Source: Eledone cirrhosa
Lineage: Eukaryota
Direction of reading: 5' to 3'
NCBI GenBank assembly: GCA_964016885.1
Contig: OZ024744.1
Location: 98,642,001 to 98,706,000, forward strand
Length of the DNA stretch: 64,000 nt
Both the position numbers and the translations under genes were made by a program. Below the pieces are notes generated by a model. That model made no database searches and was not told the origin of the DNA. It worked only from the letters and a program-made list of their open reading frames with translations. Shown one piece after another: positions 13,210 to 26,582 of the stretch; the first letter of the stretch is position 1; each line of letters starts with the position of its first letter.

Positions 13210-13412
13210 ATGAGGGTCGATTGAAAAGTTCATAGGCTGACCAAGATACTCTCATGGAATGACCAAATGAGGTTTATTTTTCAATATAGTGCTGCCTGGA
13301 AAGAAACAATGCAGTTATTAATAAAAAGAGTTGAAATTAATGCATGCAAGATTTCACAGCTCTAGCATCACTCCTTCATAGTCAGTCTATGAATAGTTCA
13401 GCTGACCCTGTA
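13210..13412. mobile_element. Tc1/mariner-type MITE (related copies about 21320-21620, 37417-37607, 41960-42159)
   Basis: TA-YGAGGG..TGAAAAGTT left end and TTCAGCYGACCCTCGTA-like right end. Shared interior ccaagatactctcatggaatgaccaaatgagg. Confidence 0.7.
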
Positions 13413-15195
13413 GCTTTGTTGTGAGACATATTTAGCCCAGCCAACTGGCCTGTCCGTCCTCATGACGGAGCCACCCAGCCCCACACTGTAAATGCGGTTG
13501 GTGTTAGGAAGGGCATCCAGCTGTAAAATACCCGGCCAAATTTACATTCCTCGCCAGAGTAAGGTGCCACATGGCTAGACATGCCTCCTGGCATGGACAA
13601 CTTGTCTAACCCAAACGGAAATCATCATCATCATTTTACGTCTGCTTTTCCCTGCTTGCAAGGGTGGGACGGGTCCTATTCAGTACAGCATCTCTCCACT
13701 TGTCACGGTCCTTCGTCATCTCCTCCGTGAGCTTCAGCGATCTGAGGTCTGCTCTCACCACCTCCGCCCATGTCTTTCATGGTCTTCCTTCTACTGGGAT
13801 TTCTTGGCACATTTTTACCCAGCGGTCATCCTCCATGCGCATCACATGTCCATACCATATATATATCAAATAAAAAAAACAGAGTTAAAGACTCGCGTTA
13901 ATCCCCTGTAATTTAATGAGCTCAAGGTATATTTACTGGCCTCTTCATAATATAATATATAGAGGAGAACACACAAAAGAGTTTGTTTTGAATTACGAGG
14001 GGTAGAGAACTACTAGAGTGAAATACATATAGTCTACGAAAAGTGTAGAAAATACATAATAATTGGAAAGGTAAATTAAAATGCACAAGCCCACCTTTAT
14101 AACTATAAAACACCTGGACAGACTCAAAGAAGAGAATGTTTCGCCATAAACAGTGTCACACACATAATTAACACAAGAAATATATCACCAAGGTTCTACA
14201 GTTAATACAATACCTGAACGCCTCACTGTTGTATTATCAACTTATAGAATTTACTGTATATATACATATATACTAGCTGCAGTACCTGGTAATACCATGG
14301 AAAGGAGGGATTATTCACAGTTCCCAGAGTGCGCCTGAAAATGCTAGCGACCCTGGGTGCCCATATTGGATTTTCAATAACAACCTTTGCTAGGTGTGTT
14401 TATGGCAGATCAATTTTTTGTGTTGAACTATCAATAGCTATTTAAGTCATAAGTTCTTCTTCCACCCAGCTTTCTTTATTCAGTGTGAATAAGCCGGGGA
14501 AGTTTGAACTCGAAGAGTATCGAACTTATTCATCAAACTTATGTATAAGAATAGCAAACTTACTGCCTCAGCACTCAAGAACAAACACAGAACAATTAAG
14601 GAAGTCATCACAATTATTGAAGAAATTATAACCTAGTGAAGATATTGAGGTACTGTTCAAGCACCCTGTATATCACTGTTTGTAAAGCCCTTTGAATGAT
14701 TGAAGCAATTCAATAAAACCATCCCCTTTTCCCCCTATAGTAGACATAACCCGAGAAAACACACCATAATAAGTCGGACAGACAATCAGAAGTGTTGGCC
14801 CTAAATAGGGCCTTGTAACGTTCACTGTTGCAAAGTGTCAATAATGGGGGAGAAGTTACTTCATCTTAATTTCTGTTAATCTTCCCACGCTCCGACACCT
14901 CGAAATATCAACAAAATAAACTCTACTCTCAAAGATGGCATGTTACAATTAACATACCGGGAGTACAAATATTCGTCAACATATGATTTTGGTTTTATTC
15001 TTCGGACTAATCTCATGGTAGGCCAACTTCCAGGTCATTGATCATCACACTTTTTTGTAACTTCTCACCGACTCCTGCAGTTGACCTTTATGTGACCTAA
15101 AGCATGTGCATGTGTTCAGAATCCATATCAGTGGATGTTTTATATATATATATATATAATATATAAAATCAAAAGATGGTTAAAAGAGTTCCATG

Positions 15196-15266
15196 TATTT
15201 TATTATGCGCATTTCAAAAACAAATATCATCATGCGATAACATTTGCGTTTTCGTCAGATAAAATA
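15196..15266 (-). ncRNA. Type I hammerhead ribozyme motif (antisense copy)
   Basis: Reverse complement reads tattttat CTGACGA aaacgcaaatgttatcgcatgatgatatttgttttt GAAA tgcgca TA ataaaata. Perfect 8-bp stem I, long stem II, palindromic stem III ATGCGCAT. Confidence 0.82.
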
Positions 15267-15925
15267 AGGAGACATGATATGAAGGTTAAAAAACACTTGT
15301 GAATAGTGCAGTTTTAAATCAACATATGAAAAGTAGTTTTAGATTGATATGTGATATTGGGAAAAAATGGAGGTGAGGGGGGGGGGGTGAAAAAGAGGAG
15401 GAGAGGGGTATAATGAGGAAGGATGAGATAGGAGGAGAGATGGGTGATAGAGAGAGAGAGAGAGAGATAGCTTTTATAACTGAGAAAAATATATTGTTTT
15501 ACATAGAGAGGTTAAAAAACCATTGGAAGATAATATATAAATTAAAAGAATTTGAAAATTATCGAAGAGAAAAATTTTAGAATAATGTTAAATTAAGGTT
15601 TGTATATTGAAGGGTTTAATATGTGCGATGAAAAGAAATTGTTAATATGTATTAAGAATAATATTTAAGGGTTTAATAATATGTGCGATGGAAAGAAATT
15701 GTTGATATGTATTATTAAAAATATAAAAATATAACAATAGTAATGTAATTAAGGATATATTGTGAAAAGAAGTAGAAGAGTGGATGAATAAGTGTAATAT
15801 GTATAAGTTAGATGAGCATGAAAGGGAGAAAAAAATAATGAATTGAGGATGAATAATCTAACGTAAAAAAAATGTTTATGTTTACGAAGGATTTTTCAAG
15901 GTGATATTACAAAGTAAGGATATAT

Positions 15926-15996
15926 TGTTTTATCTGACGAAAACGCACATGTTATCGCATGATGATATTTGTTTTTGAAATGTGCATAATAAAATA
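15926..15996 (+). ncRNA. Type I hammerhead ribozyme motif (sense strand of SETD1 intron)
   Basis: tgttttat CTGACGA(15934-15940) stem II GAAA(15977-15980) tgtgca TA ataaaata. Predicted cleavage after 15988. Confidence 0.8.
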
Positions 15997-16117
15997 CATG
16001 GAACTCTTTTAACCATCTTTTGATCTTATATATTATTTATACTCCAGTCCTACAAACTAGAGTGCTACTTATCCAATATCTGCATTGCTTTATTGTACTA
16101 CAATAAAACTCACCTCC

Positions 16118-16187
<70 letters not shown>

Positions 16188-16189
16188 GT

Positions 16190-16378
16190 AGAAGACGTAG
16201 TAGAGGTAGACCACGAAAAACATGGGCGGAGGTGGTGAGAACAGACCTCAGATCATTGAAGCTCACGGTGGAGATGACGAGGGACCGTGACGAGTGGAGA
16301 GATGCTGTGCTGAATAAGACCCGTCCCACCCTTGCAAGCAGGGAAAAGCGGACGTAAAATGATGATGATGATGATGAT
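16190..16378 (+). mobile_element. RTE 3' end/SINE tail with (GAT)n (inverse copy 13620-13857)
   Basis: RGRPRKTWAEVVRTDLRSLKLTVEMTRDRDEWRDAV followed by gatgatgat. Confidence 0.8.
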
Positions 16379-16782
16379 ATATACACACACAGAGACATCT
16401 GTTCAGTCATCTGCCTTGTTTGAAATTTCTTTATTTATATTTCTAAGTTGTTGCCTCGTTTGGAGGACTGAGTTGTGGGAGGAGGAAGGGGAGTAGTGGG
16501 AGGGAGGGTTAAACATACAGTAGTAGTATCTCCTCTTCCCCTCTCACTGAAATGTCTTCTCTTTCCTCCTCCATTGTAAAGATGTCCCCAGAGATTCCAT
16601 TATTGGTAATTATTCAAATCCAGTTAGCCAGTCCTGTTTCTGAATATTAGCTTAATATGTGTGTAAAGTTTCATCAGGATCAGATGACTGGTGTAGGTGC
16701 CAACTGGTTTACACACAGACTGAAATTGCCATTTATATAGTAGACTAGCAGAAAACCACCCGGTGGGCGGTTTTCTGCTAGT

Positions 16783-17633
16783 ATATATATATATTACACA
16801 CACAGAAATGTATATATATTTCTGTGTGTATATATATATATATTACACACACAGAAATGTATATATATTTCTGTGTGTATATATATATATATTACACACA
16901 CAGAAATGTATATATATTTCTGTGTGTATATATATATATTTCTGTGTGTGTATATATATATATTACACACACAGAAATGTATATATATTTCTGTGTGTAT
17001 ATATATATATATTACACACACAGAAATGTATATATATTTCTGTGTGTATATATATATATATTACACACACAGAAATGTATATATATTTCTGTGTGTATAT
17101 ATATATATATTACACACACAGAAATGTATATATATTTCTGTGTGTATATATATATATATTACACACACAGAAATGTATATATATTTCTGTGTGTATATAT
17201 ATATATATTACACACACAGAAATGTATATATATTTCTGTGTGTATATATATATATATTACACACACAGAAATGTATATATATTTCTGTGTGTGTGTATAT
17301 ATATATATATATATTACACACACAAAAATGTATATATATTTCTGTGTGTATATATATATATTTCTGTGTGTGTATATATATATATTACACACACAGAAAT
17401 GTATATATATTTCTGTGTGTGTGTATATATATATTACACACACAGAAATGTATATATATTTCTGTGTGTATATATATATATATATTACACACACAGAAAT
17501 GTATATATATTTCTGTGTGTATATATATATATTTCTGTGTGTGTATATATATATATTACACACACAGAAATGTATATATATTTCTGTGTGTGTATATATA
17601 TATATTACACACACAAAAATGTATATATATTTC

Positions 17634-17666
<33 letters not shown>

Positions 17667-18107
17667 TACACACACAGAAATGTATATATATTTCTGTGTG
17701 TATATATATATATATTACACACACAGAAATGTATATATATTTCTGTGTGTGTATATATATATATTTCTGTGTGTGTATATATATATATTACACACACAGA
17801 AATGTATATATATTTCTGTGTGTGTGTATATATATATTACACACACAGAAATGTATATATATTTCTGTGTGTATATATATATATATATTACACACACAGA
17901 AATGTATATATATTTCTGTGTGTATATATATATATTTCTGTGTGTGTATATATATATATTACACACACAGAAATGTATATATATTTCTGTGTGTATATAT
18001 ATATATTTCTGTGTGTGTATATATATATATTACACACACAGAAATGTATATATATTTCTGTGTGTGTATATATATATATTACACACACAAAAATGTATAT
18101 ATATTTC

Positions 18108-18142
<35 letters not shown>

Positions 18143-18995
18143 TACACACACAGAAATGTATATATATTTCTGTGTGTATATATATATATATTACACACAC
18201 AGAAATGTATATATATTTCTGTGTGTATATATATATATTTCTGTGTGTGTGTATATATATATATTACACACACAGAAATGTATATATATATATTACACAC
18301 ACAAAAATGTATATATATTTCTGTGTGTGTGTATATATATATATATATATTACACACACAGAAATGTATATATATTTCTGTGTGTATATATATATATATT
18401 ACACACACAGAAATGTATATATATTTCTGTGTGTATATATATATATTTCTGTGTGTGTATATATATATATTACACACACAGAAATGTATATATATTTCTG
18501 TGTGTGTGTATATATATATATTACACACACAGAAATGTATATATATTTCTGTGTGTATATATATATATATTACACACACAGAAATGTATATATATTTCTG
18601 TGTGTATATATATATATATTACACACACAGAAATGTATATATATTTCTGTGTGTGTGTATATATATATATATATATTACACACACAAAAATGTATATATA
18701 TTTCTGTGTGTATATATATATATTTCTGTGTGTGTATATATATATATTACACACACAGAAATGTATATATATTTCTGTGTGTGTGTATATATATATTACA
18801 CACACAGAAATGTATATATATTTCTGTGTGTATATATATATATATATTACACACACAGAAATGTATATATATTTCTGTGTGTATATATATATATTTCTGT
18901 GTGTGTATATATATATATTACACACACAGAAATGTATATATATTTCTGTGTGTGTATATATATATATTACACACACAAAAATGTATATATATTTC

Positions 18996-19028
<33 letters not shown>

Positions 19029-19469
19029 TACACACACAGAAATGTATATATATTTCTGTGTGTATATATATATATATTACACACACAGAAATGTATATAT
19101 ATTTCTGTGTGTGTATATATATATATTTCTGTGTGTGTATATATATATATTACACACACAGAAATGTATATATATTTCTGTGTGTGTGTATATATATATT
19201 ACACACACAGAAATGTATATATATTTCTGTGTGTATATATATATATATATTACACACACAGAAATGTATATATATTTCTGTGTGTATATATATATATTTC
19301 TGTGTGTGTATATATATATATTACACACACAGAAATGTATATATATTTCTGTGTGTATATATATATATTTCTGTGTGTGTATATATATATATTACACACA
19401 CAGAAATGTATATATATTTCTGTGTGTGTATATATATATATTACACACACAAAAATGTATATATATTTC

Positions 19470-19500
<31 letters not shown>

Positions 19501-21140
19501 TACACACACAGAAATGTATATATATTTCTGTGTGTATATATATATATATTACACACACAGAAATGTATATATATTTCTGTGTGTATATATATATATTTCT
19601 GTGTGTGTATATATATATATTACACACACAGAAATGTATATATATATATTACACACACAAAAATGTATATATATTTCTGTGTGTGTGTATATATATATAT
19701 ATATATTACACACACAGAAATGTATATATATTTCTGTGTGTATATATATATATATTACACACACAGAAATGTATATATATTTCTGTGTGTATATATATAT
19801 ATTTCTGTGTGTGTATATATATATATTACACACACAGAAATGTATATATATTTCTGTGTGTGTGTATATATATATATTACACACACAGAAATGTATATAT
19901 ATTTCTGTGTGTATATATATATATATTACACACACAGAAATGTATATATATTTCTGTGTGTATATATATATTACACACACAGAAATCTATATATATTTCT
20001 GTGTGTATATATATATATTTCTGTGTGTGTATATATATATATTACACACACAGAAATGTATATATATTTCTGTGTGTGTGTATATATATATTACACACAC
20101 AAAAATGTATATATATTTCTGTGTGTGTGTATATATATATATATATATTACACACACAGAAATGTATATATATTTCTGTGTATATATATATATATATTAC
20201 ACACACAGAAATGTATATATATTTCTGTGTGTATATATATATATTTCTGTGTGTGTATATATATATATTACACACACAGAAATGTATATATATTTCTGTG
20301 TGTGTATATATATATATTACACACACAAAAATGTATATATATTTCTGTGTGTGTGTATATATATATATATATATTACACACACAGAAATGTATATATATT
20401 TCTGTGTGTATATATATATATATTACACACACAGAAATGTATATATATTTCTGTGTGTATATATATATATTTCTGTGTGTGTATATATATATATTACACA
20501 CACAGAAATGTATATATATTTCTGTGTGTGTATATATATATATTACACACACAAAAATGTATATATATTTCTGTGTGTGTGTATATATATATATATATAT
20601 TACACACACAGAAATGTATATATATTTCTGTGTGTATATATATATTACACACACAGAAATGTATATATATTTCTGTGTGTATATATATATATTTCTGTGT
20701 GTGTATATATATATATTGCACACACAGAAATGTATATATATTTCTGTGTGTATATATATATATATTACACACACAGAAATGTATATATATTTCTGTGTGT
20801 ATATATATATATATTACACACACAGAAATGTATATATATTTCTGTGTGTATATATATATATTTCTGTGTGTGTATATATATATATTACACACACAGAAAT
20901 GTATATATATTTCTGTGTGTGTGTATATATATATTACACACACAGAAATGTATATATATTTCTGTGTGTATATATATATATATATATTACACACACAGAA
21001 ATGTATATATATTTCTGTGTGTATATATATATATATTACACACACAGAAATGTATATATATTTCTGTGTGTATATATATATATTTCTGTGTGTGTATATA
21101 TATATATTACACACACACAGAAATGTATATATGTTTCTGT
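16783..21140. repeat. About 49-bp self-complementary minisatellite (4.3 kb) with higher-order duplication
   Basis: Unit tattacacacacagaaatgtatatatatttctgtgtgtatatatatata. Identical minus-strand ORFs at 17159..17614 and 18521..18976 show a 1362-bp higher-order repeat. Confidence 0.97.
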
Positions 21141-21675
21141 AGCACTCCTCGATTCCCCCCTCTCTCCCTCCCGCTATCCCCCTCTTGTAGTCTGTCTCTT
21201 TCTTTCACTCTCACTCTCTCTCTACGCGTGCGCAAAAAACATTCGCACGCGCGCACGTGTTTCCACTGTCGGACAGACAGACAGAGAAATTGCTGGTTAT
21301 ATATTATAAGGAGATATATACTAGGATTGGTTGAAAAAAATTCATAGGCTACCATATACTCTCATGGAATGAGAGCGTGGAAGGTGGACGTTAAATGATG
21401 ATGATGATGATGATGATGAATTACCAAATGAGGTTTATTTTTCAACATAAGATTTGAAATTAATGCATGCAAAATATTTGTTGAAAAGTTCATATGCTAC
21501 CAATATACTCATGGAATGACCAAATGTTTTTTTTTTGTTTTTTTACATAAGAGTTGAAATTAATGCATGCAAGATTTCACATATCTAGCATCACTCCTTC
21601 ATAGTTAGCACCCTCGTATATCTATTTTTCTTAATTTTTTCTCCCCTCTTTTTTTTTTCTTTCTTTCTTTTCCAG

Positions 21676-21849
21676 CCAAACTGCTATGCAAAAATCATCA
21701 CAGTTGAATCTCATAAGAAAATTGTTATTTACTCCAAAAGAGATATTGATGTTAATGAAGAAATAACATATGATTATAAATTCCCACTAGAAGAAGAAAA
21801 AATCAGTTGTCTGTGTGGAGCCCAGTATTGTAAAGGTACTCTGAACTGA
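21676..21849 (+). CDS. SETD1: SETD1/Set1 last coding exon, SET-C and post-SET
   Basis: Long polypyrimidine tract then ccAG. Translates [57 protein letters not shown] and joins NHSCN in phase 0. Has the post-SET CxCx4C; TGA at 21847-21849. Confidence 0.96.
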   Translation, partial: PNCYAKIITVESHKKIVIYSKRDIDVNEEITYDYKFPLEEEKISCLCGAQYCKGTLN

Positions 21850-22666
21850 TCACAACCTCTCCTATGGATGAGATGAAAAAAATGTACATCAGTAAGCTTC
21901 CATCATTGATAAATTGCTGCAAAATCTGTGGAACATCATTGTTGCCTTTTTGAGAAAGGAGGAAGAAAAAGAAGCACAGTTAGTTGGGGGGGTTTTTTTT
22001 TTGGTTTTTTTTTTTTTTTTTTTTTGTCGTTGTTGTTAGAAAGGTCATATAGGAAAAAAAAGAGATGCTAATGATTTATACTAAGGTAGACATAATCATT
22101 TCTATAGGCATTGAATCTTATAGAAATGACTTCATATGGTAAATTATTACAGACATTTAAATTCTTTTTGAGAAAGTATTTTTCTCTTTATTAATGGTGA
22201 TGAAGACTGCTTAATACCTAGCTATTAGGTAATTATTACTATTGGAACATTTTCATATCGATAACATGTTTTTGATTTTTAGATCTTATGGTTTTATCTG
22301 TTGGTATTCTGAAAAAAAAAATATTTTCCACATAAATGATGTCAGGGAAACCTCTTGTAAATGGTGTCTTTTACATAATGATAATGATAATGATGATGAT
22401 GGCGGTAGTATAAATCCAAGTAGGGATAATACTTTACTACTCCTTGTAGTATCATGGCATAAAGAAGAATTGAAGATATCTTTCTCAGTTGTTAATGGGG
22501 GTAAACGTTAACCAGATACTTTGGTAGTTTATTCCTATTATGAACTCTTTCTCTCTCTGTGTCTCCCTATCCCCTCTATCTCTCTCTCCTCTCTCTCTCT
22601 CTCTCCCTCTCCCTATCTCTCTGTATGTATGTATATATATGTGTGTGTGTGTGTGTGTATGTATAC

Positions 22667-22698
<32 letters not shown>

Positions 22699-23418
22699 AT
22701 ATATATGTGTGTGTGTGTATATATGTGTATGTGTATATATGTGTATATGTATGTATGTATGTATATATATATGTGTGTGTGTATGTATATGTATGTATGC
22801 ATATATATATATGTATGTTTATATGTATGTATATGTATGTATGTATATATATATGTATGTATGTATATATATATATATGTATGTATATATATATATATAT
22901 GTATGTTTATATGTATGTATATGTATGTATATATATATATATATATGTATGTGTATATATATATATAGGTAAGTATGTATACATATATATATATGTATGT
23001 ATATGTATGTATGTATGTATGTATGTATATATGTATGTATATCCAAACCCATGCAAGCGTGGAACATGGACGTTAAACGATGATGATGATATGTATGTAT
23101 ACATGTATGTATGTATGTATGTATATATATATGTAAGTATATATATATGTATGTATGTATATGTATGTATGTATATATATAAGTATGTATATATGTATGT
23201 ATGTATATGTATGTATGTATGTATGTATGTATATATATATATATATGTATGTATGTATACATATATATATGTATGTATACATATATATATGTATGTATAC
23301 ATATATATATGTATGTATACATATATATATATATATAATATATATATATATAATATATATATAATATATATATATATAATATATATATATATATATAATA
23401 TATATATATATATAATAT

Positions 23419-23476
<58 letters not shown>

Positions 23477-24421
23477 AGTGTGTGTATATCTTTCTCTTTC
23501 TAATATTGCCAAGATTCGTATAAACCCTATATCAAAATGACCTCCTAAAATCCTATTTTGCTGTGCTAAAGAAAAAGAAAAAGAAAAGATCGTTGTTTCA
23601 AATACTTCGATCTCTCATGTGTGACAACTTAATCAGATAATGAGTTAGTTTTCTTGTCTCATTTTATAATTTCTTCCATTTTTCGTCCATCTAGTCTAAA
23701 ATGCAGTCTAGATAAGGTTTTTTTCCCTATTTATAACTACATAGAAATGTTCATATAAAAAAAAAAAAAATCATCTGTATCAAAATCTAACATTTAGTTC
23801 ATCTGTTTCATTGCTAGAATCATTAACTGCAATATGTTTTGTATATCATATTGCTTCTAGAAGACCAGAAATATTTGTTATCCAAGGTTCTGTTTCAAGC
23901 ATGTTCACCAAAACGTTATATTAATTCTTTTCAAACTAAATGTTTACTTTTAACGTCTGATCATTACTTTTAACGTCTGATCATTGCCCAAACGTAACAT
24001 TTATTATCGCACACGTAAAAAAAAAAAAAAGGTCCATAGCTGGGGAATATTCATTTCAGTCATTTTGTATCTACATATAAAGAAATCTATAAAAAAATTA
24101 CATGTATTATATTCATGATCTCTTTAGCAATTTTTTTTATTTTAGTTGAAATTAAAATAGAATGTCTTCTATATGGTTTGGAAAACTAGCAACTATATGC
24201 AATTTTTATTAAAAAAAATTGTTATGCACACCTGTATAAAAGAAAAAAAAAATAATATCAATGAAAGATGGATCAATATGGATCAGGAAGTCCAACACAA
24301 AAATATGTCTGAGTGTTCCCTAAAAAGAATAAAACATAATCTGCTTTCCAAAGTTTCATAAAATTGAGAGATATTTTCAATATTGAAATGTGTTTGAACT
24401 TTACGAAGCATATTCAATAAA
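21850..24421 (+). other. Probable SETD1 3' UTR (end uncertain)
   Basis: AT-rich sequence after the stop codon. Candidate AATAAA signals near 24329 and at 24416-24421. The real cleavage site cannot be determined from sequence. Confidence 0.35.
22530..23490. repeat. Compound (CT)/(GT)/(TATG)/(TA) microsatellite with an embedded SINE tail at about 23043-23090
   Basis: Direct reading of the sequence. Confidence 0.95.
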
Positions 24422-24714
24422 TTAAACTAATGTAAAGGCGCAATACAGGATTGGAATGTGCTTCTAAACAAAACACATATCTTATTCAACTGGGACATAC
24501 TTTGAGTGCTCTACAAAACAAAAGATGCTTGGATAGGCCCACTGACTCTATAAAAAAAAAAAAAAAAGATGAAAAAAGTCCCCCCACGCCCCACCTTCAA
24601 TCCCAAAATAAACAAAACTTGTATCCAACAGTTTCAAAAAATGCAAACTTTTCTAACAGAGAACTATTATTCTTATTATTGTCTGGAAAATTACCCTATG
24701 CTGATGCTGTGTAA

Positions 24715-24753
24715 GTATGTATGTATGTGTATGAATATGTGTGTGTATGTATA

Positions 24754-24821
<68 letters not shown>

Positions 24822-24885
24822 TGTGTATATATATATATGTGTGTATATATATATATGTGTATATATATATGTATATATATATATA

Positions 24886-24916
<31 letters not shown>

Positions 24917-24977
24917 GTGTACATATATATATTTATATATATGTGTATATATATATGTGTATATATATATATATGTG

Positions 24978-25022
<45 letters not shown>

Positions 25023-25060
25023 GTGCGTGTGTATGTATGTATGCATGTGTGTATGTATGC

Positions 25061-25120
<60 letters not shown>

Positions 25121-25935
25121 GTGTACATATATATATATTCGTACATACACACAGACATATACATACATGCAATCATATAACTTGTTGTAAAGATATGAAC
25201 TTTTTTTTTTTTTGTTCATTTGTATTTTTTCTTATTAAAAAAAACTTGGCTAAAAAGAATTGGACAAAGACACAAATTGCCCGAAAGAACAATAAATTTG
25301 AAACACTTTTACTGCCCTGTCTGCAAACTTAATTAAAATATCAACTGTGTTTTAAAAATATTGAAAAAAGAAATGTGGTTAATATTTGTATTTCGGTCTT
25401 TTATGTATTAATTGATACTTTTAATGATAATATATTTGTGTGTGGGAATGTACGTGTGTTGTTTGCGAGAGTCTGTGTTGTTTGTTTTTGTGTGTGTATG
25501 TGTTGGTTGTTTGTGTGTGTTGTTTGTTTTTGTGTGTATATGTGTTGGTTGTTTGTGTGTGTGTTGTTTGTTTTTGTGTGTGTATGTGTTGGTTGTTTGT
25601 GTGTGTGTGTGTGTTAGTTGTTTGTGTGTGTATGTGTTGGTTGTTTGTGTGTGTGTTGTTTGTTTTTGTGTGTGTATGTGTTGGTTGTTTGTGTGTGTGT
25701 TGATTGTTTTTGTGTGTGTATGTGTTGGTTGTTTGTGTGTGTGTTAGTTGTTTGTGTGTGTATGTGTTGGTTGTTTTTGTGTGTGTATGTTTTTGTTTGT
25801 GTTTGTGTATGTGTTTGTTTTTGTGTGTGTGTATGTATGTGTTTTTATGTGTGTGTGTGTGTGTTGGTTGTTTTTTTGTGTCTGTGTGCGTGTTGGTTCT
25901 TTTTTTTTGTGTATGTGTGTTGGTTGTTTTTGTTT
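24715..25935. repeat. (TA)/(TG) microsatellite 24715-25170 and GT-rich minisatellite 25475-25935
   Basis: Direct reading; recurring tgtgtgtatgtgttggttgtttgtgtgtgt. Confidence 0.9.
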
Positions 25936-26167
25936 ATACACAAGATACGCAACTGCTCAAGCTGTTGGAGATGTGTGTTTCACTGAGGCTTCAGTCACTC
26001 CACCAAACATCCTGCACCACTGGACACAGCCAGGGGACACGGTATGGAAACACAGTCACAGTCTGGCCATTAACTGGACCATGAAACCTAAGGTACCACT
26101 TTCTTCTTCTGAGTATGAACATGAATAAATTACATACATATGTGTGTGTGTGTGTGTGTGTGTGTTT

Positions 26168-26575
26168 GTAGTATTAATATATAAGGGAACAAAGAATCAG
26201 TGTTGCATCATATATATATATTTATTACGTATTACATATGTTTCTGATTCTGGAATCAGAAGCCCCTCAGAGTTAATATGCAGGCTTGCGCTTGAGAGTA
26301 TATGAATACATGCTCAGGCACAAGCCTGCATATTAAAACATATCTGAGGAGCTTCCGATTCCAGAGTCAGATTCGGTCATTAATAGATTAATAGATCGTT
26401 CCTCGAGCTGATCGACAGTGAAACATATGTAATATGTAATTAAATATGTATATGATGCAACACTGATTCTTTGTTCCCTTATATATTAATACTATTAATA
26501 CTCTGCTCCCCAAGAGCATCGAGTGCTCACCCGGCATACCACCTACAGACACAATTAACTTGCACCTTAAAATAT
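26168..26575 (+). mobile_element. Penelope-like/retrozyme-type relic: inverted arms plus tail
   Basis: 26168-26296 is the reverse complement of 26313-26494 except for a stem II deletion. Tail 26495-26575; adjacent to (TG)n. Confidence 0.75.
26338..26437 (+). ncRNA. Type I hammerhead ribozyme motif with a 69-nt branched stem II
   Basis: acatat CTGAGGA(26344-26350) gct...agt GAAA(26420-26423) catatg TA atatgt. 6-bp stem I, palindromic stem III, GUA cleavage triplet. Confidence 0.78.
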
Positions 26576-26582
26576 ACACATA

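Larger units (their letters stand above)
15156..16120 (+). mobile_element. Penelope-like/retrozyme-type relic: inverted repeat 15156-15266 / 15926-16036 plus one-sided tail, between (TA)n tracts
   Basis: The roughly 110-bp arms are reverse complements and each carries a hammerhead motif. Tail 16037-16120 runs into (AT)n. Confidence 0.75.

Noticed and set aside
13860-14260. TA-flanked segment possibly of the same ribozyme class
   Set aside because: Minus-strand ggcGAAAca is present but I found no CUGANGA, pairable stems or inverted arm.
16763-21347. About 1500-aa ORFs in three frames
   Set aside because: Low-complexity YI/CV translations of a minisatellite.
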